DNA of 64,000 nucleotides, taken from contig OX337230.1 of NCBI GenBank assembly GCA_946965045.2, positions 4,278,001 through 4,342,000 of the forward strand. Direction: 5' to 3'. The notes beneath the pieces were generated by a model. That model was given only the letters and a program-made list of their open reading frames with translations, did no database searches and was not told the origin of the DNA. Each line of letters opens with the position of its first letter. The first letter of the stretch is position 1. This document shows positions 1-10,491 of the stretch, piece after piece. A program made the position numbers and the translations under genes. Source of the DNA: Epithemia pelagica (taxonomy: Eukaryota; Protista; Bacillariophyta).

Positions 1-97
1 AGGCTGGAGAGGAGACCTCGTCTAGTATTCGTATATAGGTAGTCCCTTTCCGCCCACTTGCAAGACTCTCCCCCCTCCTCACCTATACACAAGAATA

Positions 98-1403
98 CTA
101 CGAGGCTTGGGTCGTGGTCGGTGCCGCAGCAAAGGCGGGAATGCCGGTCATGGCGCGTCCCAAAATGAGACCATGGACATCTCGTGTGCCTTCGTAAGTA
201 CTGACCGCTTCGAGATTCATCACGTGCCGAATGACGTGATAGTCATCACAAATGCCATTGGCCCCCAACATGTCCCGTGCCGTCCGACAACTGTTCAAGG
301 CGGTCGTACACGTGTGCCGTTTCAAGAGGGATACCATTTCCGGTGACGCTTGGCCCTGTTCCATGAGTCGTCCCACACGGAGACAGGCTTGTTGTCCCAG
401 AGCAATATCGGTCATCATGTCGGCCAGTTTGGTTTGAATCAATTGCGTCGCCGCCAAGGGGGCTCCAAATTGATGCCGATCCAGGGTATACTGTCGCGCG
501 ATTTGCAAACAGGATTGGGCGGCGCCCAACACACCCCAGGAAATCCCATAGCGGGCATGATTCAAACAGGAAAAGGGTCCTCGAAGACCGTGTACCATCA
601 AGGCCTGATTGGCCGGGACTCGGACATTTGTCAGAAAGATACTTCCCGTACACGAGGCTCGTAGAGCAAATTTGCCCTCGTGCACCGTGGTTTCCAAACC
701 AGGCGTGTCGCGTTCCACCAAAAAGCCTCGAATGCGACCATCACCCTCGCCGCCGCCTTGTTGCTTGGCCCAAATCACAAACACGTCAGCAATGGGGGCA
801 TGGGTAATCCAACACTTGCTCCCATTCAAGACAAAGGTTTGGGTACCGGCATCCCACACAGCCGTCGTTTCCATGGATCCCGGATCGGATCCATGATTGG
901 GTTCCGTCAAGCCAAAACATCCCACGAGACGACCGGCGGCCAATTCCGGCAAGTACTTGAGCTTGACTTGTTCGGATGCGGCGTAGGCGTAAATGGGATA
1001 CATGACCAAACTGGATTGGACACTGACAGCCGATCGATAGGACGAATCGACGCGTTCGACTTCGGTCGTGACGAGTCCATAACTGACATGGCCGAGATTG
1101 GAGCCGCCATAGTGTGAGGGCAAGGTCGCACCAAGCAAGCCGACCGAGCCGAGTTGTTGCATGCCGTCGTGGTCCAGGGTGCGTTCGTGACGATTGGCCT
1201 GTTGAATCTGGGGCAACAAGTGCGATTGACAAAAGTCACGACAGGAATCTTGCACCAGGCGTTCTTCCTCGGTCAATTGGTGACGCAACAACAAGGGATC
1301 GTCCCAGGCAAAGGATCCTTGTCCACCAAAGGCATTGAACATTGGTGTGGCTGGCTCATTAGAGTGTGGTGGTGCTTTTTGGGGACTTGTATTGGAAGAA
1401 GAA

Positions 1404-1435
<32 letters not shown>

Positions 1436-1627
1436 ATCCGACTCGGAAGAAGAGGAGGATGCCTTTGTTGCAGAAAGGGAGGTGGACAGAGTTCTTGGTG
1501 AGCCAGGTTCGGAGAAGGGTCTGGTCCAAATCTTTTTGAGCACTTGAGGATACACAAAACTGCTCCGGCAGTTCTTGGATATTCTTGTTGCAGCAGCAAC
1601 AACGAAACGTTGTGTTGACAAGAGCAT
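98..1627 (-). CDS. GCDH: Glutaryl-CoA dehydrogenase, mitochondrial
   Basis: 509-aa intronless ORF from ATG to TAG. Acyl-CoA dehydrogenase motifs: GCFGLTEPNHGSDP, LNGSKCWITHAP, ARYGISWGVLGA, RDMLGANGI, TYEGTRDVH. The N-terminus is rich in R/S and resembles a mitochondrial transit peptide. Confidence 0.95.
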
Positions 1628-2021
1628 GGTGCAGACGCGTCAATCACACTCTCTCCCAAAACACAACAATCTCCAAACAATAATGATGAGAATAAGACAC
1701 AGCGACACCACCAATACAACGACGACGACACAACGGATGCCACTCGACGGCTCTCTCTCCAACAGAACACCGAAAACAATTCCAAAAAATGAGAACATCG
1801 CCAATGATGACCGAAGAGCGACCATGTCGTCAGTCGTCTTCCAGTCGCTGCATTTGGATCTTGGACGACACGCACTTTTTTCATCCTCAACCGAACCATC
1901 ACCCACTGTTCAGTTCTTTGGTGGAGACAGACCTTTGGACGGTTCGACTCCTCTCCACTGGAACTTGTGTGTCGTATATCTTTTCTACTTATATTCATTC
2001 CTATTCGTCATACTCATCCTC

Positions 2022-3245
2022 ATGTTGGATACGATTGTCCAATTGATTCGTAATGCCTTGTGTGTGATCAAGGGATTGGGCTGGTGGGAAGATACCCTGT
2101 GGTACGACGTCACCGTCTTGCCGCAGTATTACGATTTGCCCGAGCCCTTGAATCAAACGACACCCTTGGAATTGGTGATTGGTTTGACTCAAGTCTATGT
2201 CACCTTTTCCCTCTGTCCATCCGGATGGTCCCTGTTTTCGAGCAGTGGCGGCAAGTATGTTCGGATTCAACGCATCTTGTACGATCGACAAGACCAAAAG
2301 AACAACAACAACAAAACCACTACATTGGACCACGCGAATCACTTGGTCCACGCCTCCTTGATCAAGGAGGCCCAGTACGCTTTGCGATCCATGTTGGTAG
2401 GTCTCTTGCTCATGGCCATTGGAGGATCCTTTTTTTGGCTCTTTACCAATTCCATTCACCTGACGGAAACGGGTTGGAATGGAGGCATTCATGCCGTCAT
2501 TCATGCTCTCATTGTCACCGAAGTCGCCCTGTTGCCCCTCTTGGCATTCATGTGGCAGGATGGAACCACCCTGGTACAAAAATCGCAAACCTTGACCAAG
2601 CTCGCCACGTTGCTGGAACAGCAACCAGCATCATCCACCACGACAATTGCCGACGTCGAATTGGTCGCATTCGAAGCCTTGACGGAATGGGTGCCGTTTT
2701 GGGATGCCGGGTTGAGTCTGTGGAATGCCAAAGTACCCGATCCAAAAGAAGAAGAGAAGCTCGTAGCACAAGAAGTGACCAAGGTGCAAGGTTTGTTGCA
2801 AGATTTGACAACGACAAATGCCAAGACTTCGAAGCCCAACCCAAACAATTCCAAAAAGGCCAATGGAGACGACACCAACGACACGACGACCACGTCTTAC
2901 ACCATTGACAAAGAACACGCGGCCACGTTGAAGCATCAAAGCTTGATGCAACAACTGCAAGGCTATCGAGAATTTGTCTTTTGGGGACTCAATGCCGTGG
3001 CCTTTTGCAGTTACTTGATTTGCATTGTCGTCTTTTATTATCATGAGGAATCGGCCCAACCCTATTGGATGCGATCCATTTTGCTCCAAGACATGGACAA
3101 TGCCTTGGCCGATTGGCATGGCAATTTTTGGGGCGATTTAATGTGGACGATTGAACCCCTCGTCGTGCTCGTGTCGTCGGCCGTATTCTTTCTCCTGAAA
3201 CAACAACACCAACGTCGAACCACCTCCAAACTCAAGACGGAGTAA
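2022..3245 (+). CDS. Multi-pass membrane protein of unknown function
   Basis: Long open frame (ORF 1575-3245) with several hydrophobic helices, e.g. LRSMLVGLLLMAIGGSFFWLF, FVFWGLNAVAFCSYLICIVVFY, LVVLVSSAVFFLL. The start is uncertain. ATG 2022 was chosen because the upstream frame overlaps the GCDH start and reads like UTR or intron. Confidence 0.6.
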   Translation: MLDTIVQLIRNALCVIKGLGWWEDTLWYDVTVLPQYYDLPEPLNQTTPLELVIGLTQVYVTFSLCPSGWSLFSSSGGKYVRIQRILYDRQDQKNNNNKTTTLDHANHLVHASLIKEAQYALRSMLVGLLLMAIGGSFFWLFTNSIHLTETGWNGGIHAVIHALIVTEVALLPLLAFMWQDGTTLVQKSQTLTKLATLLEQQPASSTTTIADVELVAFEALTEWVPFWDAGLSLWNAKVPDPKEEEKLVAQEVTKVQGLLQDLTTTNAKTSKPNPNNSKKANGDDTNDTTTTSYTIDKEHAATLKHQSLMQQLQGYREFVFWGLNAVAFCSYLICIVVFYYHEESAQPYWMRSILLQDMDNALADWHGNFWGDLMWTIEPLVVLVSSAVFFLLKQQHQRRTTSKLKTE

Positions 3246-3885
3246 ACTAGTCAAAACTAGAGTGTCTTGTGTATATGTTCTGTGGATGATTGTCTTGTTC
3301 GTGCGAAGCACATTTGTGCATTCCCTGCCTTGTCTGGACTACGAAACACACAGCTCTATATTCTCATCCACTTGTGTGGAGTAGAAGGAGTAGTAGTATA
3401 GTATACAAGGGGGAATGGTCTATAGTTTACCGTTGTTGCGATACAGTGTGTGGGATTTGTGTGTGGGATGTTGGAGTGATCCTGGTCTGCCTGCCTCTGG
3501 AAATTACCGATTGCCAGAAAGAAAAAATCTCTCTCGAGTCGATAGATAGGATACCGGTTGTCCTTTGTGCCATTTTTTCGTCGAGTGTTTCGTCTCTCTT
3601 GTTCTTGTCTATATATATATCCTCGCTTTCATGAAACAAACCATTCTCGGAACGGAGGGACCGCACTACATAGAATGTCAGTATCATTCTATTAGTGGCA
3701 TGATACGGTATCAAGCCCATGCAATGGCCGATGCGAAGGAACACAAGGCAATCGTCGTCGGAAACGGCATCACTCACAAGCTGCACGCCATTGGACGTTG
3801 CGTATCCGGCAGAATCCATACATGAGACAGACAGAGAGAGAGAAAGAGAGTTGGTCGATTTTGTTTCTCCCACAATTCCTTCCCT

Positions 3886-5736
3886 TCACTGACAGACGGA
3901 CAATCGTCGGAGACTCGGTCTTCGGGAGACGACAATGCCGGTACTTTCGCCCGTCACTTGTTCCATTTCGGTATTGAGTTTTTCCAAGACTTGATGCAAT
4001 TCCTTTTGCGACTGCAACATGAGTTCGACATGTTCCGTCATGTCCCAAATCCGTTCCTGCGCCTTTTCCAATTTGGTCGTGTCGGTTTCAAACTCGCCCA
4101 TTTTTTCCGCCTGGACTTCCCGATCCACCACCGCAACGGCATCGCAGACGACGGCGACAATGAGGTTAAAGACAATAAAGCCCGTGACGGAAATAAAGGC
4201 GAGAATGGGCGCCCAGGCCCAGGATCGTTCCGCCATGACATTGCGGGCCACACCGGCCCATTCCAAAGTCATGAGTTCCATACAGGTAAAGAGCGATCGA
4301 TCGAGGGATCCAAAGTAATTGACTTCGGTTTCGACATCGCGAAAGAGTTCGGTAAACAAGACGGCAAAGATGTAAAAAATGAGCATGAGCAGCATGGCAA
4401 TGGCGTACATGCGGGGCATGACGGCACCAATGGCCATGACCAGTTCACGCAGTGGTCCAATCCGAGTGACCAATCGAAAGGCTCGAAAGATTCGAAAGGC
4501 GCGAACAATTTGCAAGGATTCCAAGGACCAACTGGTGATGACAATGACAAAGTCAAAGACCAACCAGGAATCAGTAAAGTAACTGAAACTCCGATAGACA
4601 AGTTGCAGGGCCAATTCAATGGTAAATACGACCAAAAAGGCCTTGTCCAAGGAACTAAATCCCTTATCCACATTTTCATTGTCCGTGACAAAATCAAAGG
4701 TGGCAATGCCCATGAAAATGGCATTGACAATAATGAGAATGATAATGCCAAGCTGGACATGAGGATTTTCGACAATCTTTCCACAAATCATTCGAAATTT
4801 CCACACAATGGACCGATGCCGCTTGTCGGCCCCATCACGGCTGGGATCGGCAATCAACTCGCGAAATATCCGATGCGTCATGGACGATTCACTTTCATCC
4901 AAACTCCGGTGACTCCGGCCACGTCCATTGGAACCACCACGCATGCCAGCAGTGTCAATCAAAAAGTCTTCGGTATCGTCAATGTCCAAGGAATGACTGG
5001 AGGACATGCGTTCCGAAGATCCCATGGAGGGTTCCAACATGCGGACACTTTTCCGGGAGGATTCCGTTCGCAAAAAGCCTCGACTGGGAGGGGCTTCTTC
5101 CGAAGAGGCTGCGACCGTTTCTTCTTGTTTCACCATAACCATGCCACCGTCAGCTCCTGTTTCACTGGACATTTCCAGGGCATCATTAGTCGTAGTGATT
5201 CCAGTGCTCGAAATGCCGGTTGGTTCTGGTTGCGGCTGGTTTCTCCGTTTATTGGTAGCCGTTCCATTGGCAAGGACCGGATCACTCGAATCTCCTGCGG
5301 ATGATTGGGTAGATCCTTGATCCAAAGAGCCTACATCATCCTCCGGAGTTTCAGAGGCATGATTCTTTTGCTGTTTGGAAGTTTTCGGAGCGTTCTTTTC
5401 GGGTGAATCCAATTCTTCTCGAAAAATAGACCCAGTCGTTGAAGTCGAGGACAAGGCACCATTGGTGGAAGGTGATAATTCAATTTCCGGTTCTCCCGAA
5501 TCGATCCCATTCATTCGTACCGTCGTTGTTGCAGTAGTAGTAGTTGCAGTCACATGGTTCGTGGTGGTATCTCTTCGTCCCGCTGTTGTGGGTCGTCCCA
5601 TGGTATAGGTAGTTGAAGAATCACGAAGCGAAGTCGAGGAGGCCGTTTGAAATTCCATAGAAGGTTTGGTATCATTCGATATTTTGGCAGAGTGGTCCAT
5701 GTGAGGCATCCAAAAACTAAACAACGATGTACTCAT
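3886..5736 (-). CDS. EUKCATA: Single-domain voltage-gated Na+/Ca2+ channel (EukCatA, BacNav-like)
   Basis: One 6-TM repeat with S4 VRAFRIFRAFRLVTR, pore filter MTLEWAG, S6 FIVFNLIVAVVCD and a C-terminal coiled coil, preceded by a ~310-aa disordered N-terminus. Confidence 0.92.
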   Translation of the reverse strand: MSTSLFSFWMPHMDHSAKISNDTKPSMEFQTASSTSLRDSSTTYTMGRPTTAGRRDTTTNHVTATTTTATTTVRMNGIDSGEPEIELSPSTNGALSSTSTTGSIFREELDSPEKNAPKTSKQQKNHASETPEDDVGSLDQGSTQSSAGDSSDPVLANGTATNKRRNQPQPEPTGISSTGITTTNDALEMSSETGADGGMVMVKQEETVAASSEEAPPSRGFLRTESSRKSVRMLEPSMGSSERMSSSHSLDIDDTEDFLIDTAGMRGGSNGRGRSHRSLDESESSMTHRIFRELIADPSRDGADKRHRSIVWKFRMICGKIVENPHVQLGIIILIIVNAIFMGIATFDFVTDNENVDKGFSSLDKAFLVVFTIELALQLVYRSFSYFTDSWLVFDFVIVITSWSLESLQIVRAFRIFRAFRLVTRIGPLRELVMAIGAVMPRMYAIAMLLMLIFYIFAVLFTELFRDVETEVNYFGSLDRSLFTCMELMTLEWAGVARNVMAERSWAWAPILAFISVTGFIVFNLIVAVVCDAVAVVDREVQAEKMGEFETDTTKLEKAQERIWDMTEHVELMLQSQKELHQVLEKLNTEMEQVTGESTGIVVSRRPSLRRLSVCQ

Positions 5737-7385
5737 TCGCCTTTTTCAATGGGCGAACTGTACAACAAGATCAAGCGTATAAATAGTATACACACACACA
5801 CGAACGCCACCAACCGTCACTAGGGATGGATCGAGTGTAGATTGAGAGGTTTCTCCAACTCAAACGTCTCCACTGTTTCAGCCAATCGATCCGGATAGCG
5901 AGTCGTTGTGGTTTGGCTCGATTCACTCTCTTTTGCCCAACGCAGCTCCTCCACAACGTCTCCTCTCACAACCGTAGAGCGTCGTCTTTGATAAATGTTA
6001 CACAAGCCAAAGACACCCAGAGAAAGAAGAGAACCACAAACACACACACTGGCTCTCACAATTCGCTCGTTGTCGTTGTCTCCTCGATTGCGTTGTTGGC
6101 GGTGTATAGTGCGGTAAACTTGCTGGCTGGGCTTGGGGGGAACTGTGCCAGCACTTGTACAGAAAGTACTAGTGTAGTACTTTTAGGGAGAAGAAGCCCT
6201 ACTCTTTCACCAATAGTCGTTACGCGTGTTTCGCCCTTTTTCCCGGAGAGTCTCGGACGACCGTCCATCGTCGATCGCACACACACACACACACACACAC
6301 CCATCATCTCCGCGACGAATCAAACGAGCGCACACAACACCACACACAGAGTCGGTGTGGTCACGCGATATCCGGAGCGCGCAGGAGTATAAATCGCCGG
6401 GTTTTGCTCTATGGGCAATAGTGTTCAATAGAGAAGGACAGGAACGGCAATACCAAATTACTCGCATCCCTCCCGGTGTTTGTCGCCAACGACTGCTGTG
6501 ACGCGCGCAGGCACATCTTCAACGGGCCCAATCCACAACGGCACAAACCAACTTCTGTCCCAACACGGATTTTTGGTTCCAACAACACGTAATACGATCG
6601 ACGTCTTACGCACGAATGGTTTCTTCTTTGAGTCGTGTCGGAGTCGCACACCCGGAACATAATCTATTGCTACTTCGTCTATCCCATCGTAAATCATAGG
6701 GTTGATCATAAGTGGCTCTCTCTCATGCGTAATAGAACGTGTTCATGGTTTCCTTCAAAGACTAGAATACATCACGAATGTATAGCAAGGAGAGGCAAAA
6801 CAAAGAAAAGCATGTCATGCCGGCTGGCTCACAACAGATTACCATCATTTCCACCACCAAAGACCGACCGCAAGGACAAACGTGGAATTGCAAAGATCCT
6901 TGTCAATCCACCCATTCCAACCTATGTGAAGGATGCAATGACAAATGTCCATCATCCTGAATACAAGAGTGCAGCTAGTTATACAAGGAATAAAGGGGAA
7001 TTGGAGTAGGCTTGATATCCAGTTCGGCTGCCTCTACTAGCTAGAGGTAGGTAGCTCTCTTCCCATGGTTCCATTCGAGACAGAAAACAAGGAGCACCGC
7101 AATCGTAGAATGATGACTCATCCATGACGGATCGGCGTTTGCCTGTGAGCAATGGATTATGTATGGCGACCAACTCCAACAACCATGCAATACGGATGCG
7201 ATTCGAAGGACGATGTGGCACGATCCGGTCGGTTCCAACCAGTATTCTACCAACAGGTCCAGGTCTGTTCTTCCAAGAGTCCTTGCCCCCTTCCGTACGA
7301 GGATTCTCGTTGTGACACAGAGAAAAGCGACGGATCCAATCTTCTTCGTGCTCTACTTGTTCACTGCAGGAAAAAAGGTCAATCC

Positions 7386-10043
7386 TCAAAGTCCCAATTC
7401 AATGAGTCGAGCCAGCTCCTCATGTCCGCGATGTTGGGCCCATCCGGCCGCGGTCCGACCGGCAAAGTCGGGCGAAGCCAAGGGGCCGCTGTAGTGACAG
7501 GTTCCTACATGCTGGCGGTTGGCTCCCTTTTGCAATAAGAATCGAACCAGGTACTTGTCTCCAGCCCACGCCGCATTCAAGAGGGGCGTAAAGGATCCCC
7601 GATCTTCCGATTCAATATCGGCCCCCTTGGTTTCGACCAACCATTTGACCACCTTGTGTCGTTTGTGAATAGTGGCGAGATTCAAGAGGGAGTTGCGTTC
7701 ACAGACCACTCCACTGCAGTAATTGACATTGAAAAAGAAATCATGTTCCGCCTTGGTCACCATCTTTTCAATCGTCGACAGTTGATCGCCCTTGAAGAGT
7801 ATTTGTCCGGCGCGGGCCAACAAGTCGTCAAATCGTTTCTTGGCATCTTCCTGTTCGGTTCGTAAATTGGTAAAGTAGAGTTCATGCCATGGTTTACGGG
7901 GTCGTCGCGGAACCTTCCATCGGGAGGGAAAGAGCGACCGCCAGATGGAATCTCGTGCTTCCGTGAGAAAGTGTCGTAGCTCCCGATTCAACCCGAGCAA
8001 GGCACTTTGGTCCCGCACGGACAAACATTCGAGAAAGTGTACCACGACATCATCGGGAACGCCGCGAGACGGATCCAACAAGAGTGCCAAGTCCAATGGG
8101 GGACGACGACGGGCCTGTGCGGCCTGCTCTTGGCGTTCCCGTTCCTCCAACAAGGCGTCAATCACCACTACATCATCCATGGTCCCAGGTCGCGGTGGCT
8201 GGACCTTCTGGGGCAGTTCGGTTCCAACGGCAGGGGGGATCCCATTGCAACGACACTCTTCCCTCGGAATATCTGTAGAAGGAACCGTGACGGATGATTC
8301 ACAGTTTTGTTCTATTTGTTGTTGTTGTTTTTGTTGTTGTTCTTGTTCGTATCGTTCTCGTTGTCGTTTCCGACGCCAGATGCGCCATTGATTTTTGCGC
8401 ACCCGGAGCCATTCACCAAACTCGTTGTGTTGGACATGAACGACTTCGTCACAATCTTGTTCCATGCGTTTGCGTTTCCGTTGATTCCAACTGTACAAGG
8501 CCTTCCACCGAAGAGTGGATTCCGACAGCCAATGATCCAAACTCGTATAGCCTTGACGAGTCCAAAAATCGACCGCGACGGTTCGTGGTTCTTGTGATGG
8601 TTGTGCGGTAGAATCATGGACCGAGTCCCACAACGAATGAACGGTATAGGTTTGTCGCCATTCTTGTTTGCGCTGGGAGAGCCACTGGGAAAAGGTGGCA
8701 TATCCACAAGGATGGGTCCTCCAAAAGTCGTGGACGACCGTTCGAGGTTCCTTGTTCCATTCCAAGTTCGTATCATCCTCCAATAAATGGACTTGATATC
8801 GTTGCCGCCATTCCGCCTTGCGACGGGCCAGCCAGGAAGCAATGTCTGGAATTGGACGAAGAAAGAGTTTGGCTCTGGTTCCTTCGTCCGGATCGAGCAG
8901 GACTGAATAGTAAGAAGAAGAATGGAAGGATGGAACAGAGAGTGCTGCTCTTGGTGGAACGATTACCGATTCGGATGCATTCGTCGTACAAGTCGTATTA
9001 CTGTTTGAATGGCCGGTGGGAGAGTATGGAGGCGGTTCCTTATTCCAGGTTCCATGCCACTCGTTCAATTCCAAAGGATTGAGCTGTGCACCATCACTAC
9101 ACTCCTCAAGACCACCACCAGTCTTCTTTGGAGCCTCAATCATGGGTTGGTCATCGGCATACCAAATGTACTTTCCTTGCGGATGGACAAACAATGGGTT
9201 ATGAATGGGAAACTCGACTCCCACCACAAGCACATTTCGGCAAGAAGGACGCTCCACAGGAGTCGTCGTTGTCGTTGTTGCTGGTCCTGCAATCTGTGGT
9301 CCTGCAATAGTCTTTTTCACGACTGGAGACAGTGGTTGCGTCGTCGGGGTGTTGCTGGTAATAGTAGCTCCATGAAACACGAGTGTCCTTTTGGAAAGTG
9401 ATGATGGTGTTGCCAACGGCGGCGAGGGTTGTGTTGTCAGTGGTATAGAATGATACGAACTACTCGTACTACTACCCGGAGGAGTGACCAAGCGGGGGTA
9501 CGGATGATCCAAACAAGCCCGGAGCGTAGGGTGCTGACGGTGCAGCAAACTTGTCGTCGTCGTCGTCGTCATGATCGGTCGAGAAGGAGGAGGAGAATGG
9601 CGCACCAGGAGGAGCGAAGCAGTCTGACTGGTGGACAGGACCTGCGTAATTTCCGAAAAGGAAGTATAGGAGGCAACGGATCGACAATTGACGGCCCAAA
9701 TGCAATCGCCCGGTAAAATCGTGGTCATGGTCGAAACCGAGGGACGACACACCAAGATCTTGATCCAGTCCAACAGAGGGACTTGGGGTTGTTGGAGTTG
9801 CAGTTGTTGCAGCACTGCATCATCCACCCGTGGATCATGTGCCACGGCATACCATCCCTGGATCCAACCTTGAATTTGGACCGGGTCCGTCGCACTCACC
9901 ATCAAACCAACAGGATGATTGGAAGACGAAGAAGAAGTAGTAGAGCTCACGGAGAGGCCCCATTTGGTTCCTGGACGGCGTTTCAACGACGCTACAATAT
10001 AGTGTGGTGCAGGATCCAGCGAAGAAGATTGCATCAGGGACAT
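7386..10043 (-). CDS. F-box-like plus ankyrin-repeat protein with a possible N-terminal PDZ-like region and Trp-rich internal repeats
   Basis: 895-aa open frame, first ATG at 10043. F-box-like segment VPDDVVVHFLECLSVRDQSALLGLNRELR. Ankyrin repeats NSLLNLATIHKRHKVVKWLVETKGADI and FTPLLNAAWAGDKYLVRFLLQKGAN. PDZ-like cues KWGLSV and ILPGDCIWAVN. Confidence 0.75.
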   Translation of the reverse strand: MSLMQSSSLDPAPHYIVASLKRRPGTKWGLSVSSTTSSSSSNHPVGLMVSATDPVQIQGWIQGWYAVAHDPRVDDAVLQQLQLQQPQVPLLDWIKILVCRPSVSTMTTILPGDCIWAVNCRSVASYTSFSEITQVLSTSQTASLLLVRHSPPPSRPIMTTTTTTSLLHRQHPTLRACLDHPYPRLVTPPGSSTSSSYHSIPLTTQPSPPLATPSSLSKRTLVFHGATITSNTPTTQPLSPVVKKTIAGPQIAGPATTTTTTPVERPSCRNVLVVGVEFPIHNPLFVHPQGKYIWYADDQPMIEAPKKTGGGLEECSDGAQLNPLELNEWHGTWNKEPPPYSPTGHSNSNTTCTTNASESVIVPPRAALSVPSFHSSSYYSVLLDPDEGTRAKLFLRPIPDIASWLARRKAEWRQRYQVHLLEDDTNLEWNKEPRTVVHDFWRTHPCGYATFSQWLSQRKQEWRQTYTVHSLWDSVHDSTAQPSQEPRTVAVDFWTRQGYTSLDHWLSESTLRWKALYSWNQRKRKRMEQDCDEVVHVQHNEFGEWLRVRKNQWRIWRRKRQRERYEQEQQQKQQQQIEQNCESSVTVPSTDIPREECRCNGIPPAVGTELPQKVQPPRPGTMDDVVVIDALLEERERQEQAAQARRRPPLDLALLLDPSRGVPDDVVVHFLECLSVRDQSALLGLNRELRHFLTEARDSIWRSLFPSRWKVPRRPRKPWHELYFTNLRTEQEDAKKRFDDLLARAGQILFKGDQLSTIEKMVTKAEHDFFFNVNYCSGVVCERNSLLNLATIHKRHKVVKWLVETKGADIESEDRGSFTPLLNAAWAGDKYLVRFLLQKGANRQHVGTCHYSGPLASPDFAGRTAAGWAQHRGHEELARLIELGL

Positions 10044-10491
10044 TATAGTGGACGGAAACGAAGAAGACGACAACGAACTGTCACGGCGAGAGGGTGGTCT
10101 TCCTCATGGTGACTGCTGTCAATTTCCAAGTTTTGTGGTGTTGCACTGACCACGCCCTTCAACTTTTCAACCCACAGCGGCGGAAAACCACTGACCATAC
10201 TCTCACGGGACTGTACGTGGAGAAATACCGTAAATTGCGTAACTTAAGAACCACCAAATGATGTCCTCCTTTTAGGCAAAATGGTGCTTATCTTCCGCAC
10301 ATTAACAATAGGGTGGCCCTAATGGTGCTTATAAGCGGCGGTTCTTAAGCTCCGCAATTTACGGTAGGTCGCGTTTGTCCGCGCGACGTCCAGCAGATGG
10401 CCCCGCCAAGTTCTGTATCGTTCCTACTACATAAGCCCCTTCGCGAACAAGCCCGAAGTCTCTGATCCATTGTGTTTGGAATCTGTTGACC

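Noticed and set aside
1575-2021. N-terminal extension of the membrane protein overlapping the GCDH start
   Set aside because: Low-complexity AC-rich and then T-rich sequence that stays open easily. The overlap is more likely a by-product of ORF calling.
3958-5304. 448-aa plus-strand ORF opposite the channel gene
   Set aside because: Exact antisense shadow of a well-supported CDS, with no motifs of its own. The same applies to 27244-28557 opposite ThrRS and to similar ORFs elsewhere.
5800-7380. Scattered short ORFs and CA/GAC/GA microsatellites in intergenic DNA
   Set aside because: No recognisable motifs or consistent frame. Such microsatellites are common across the whole window.
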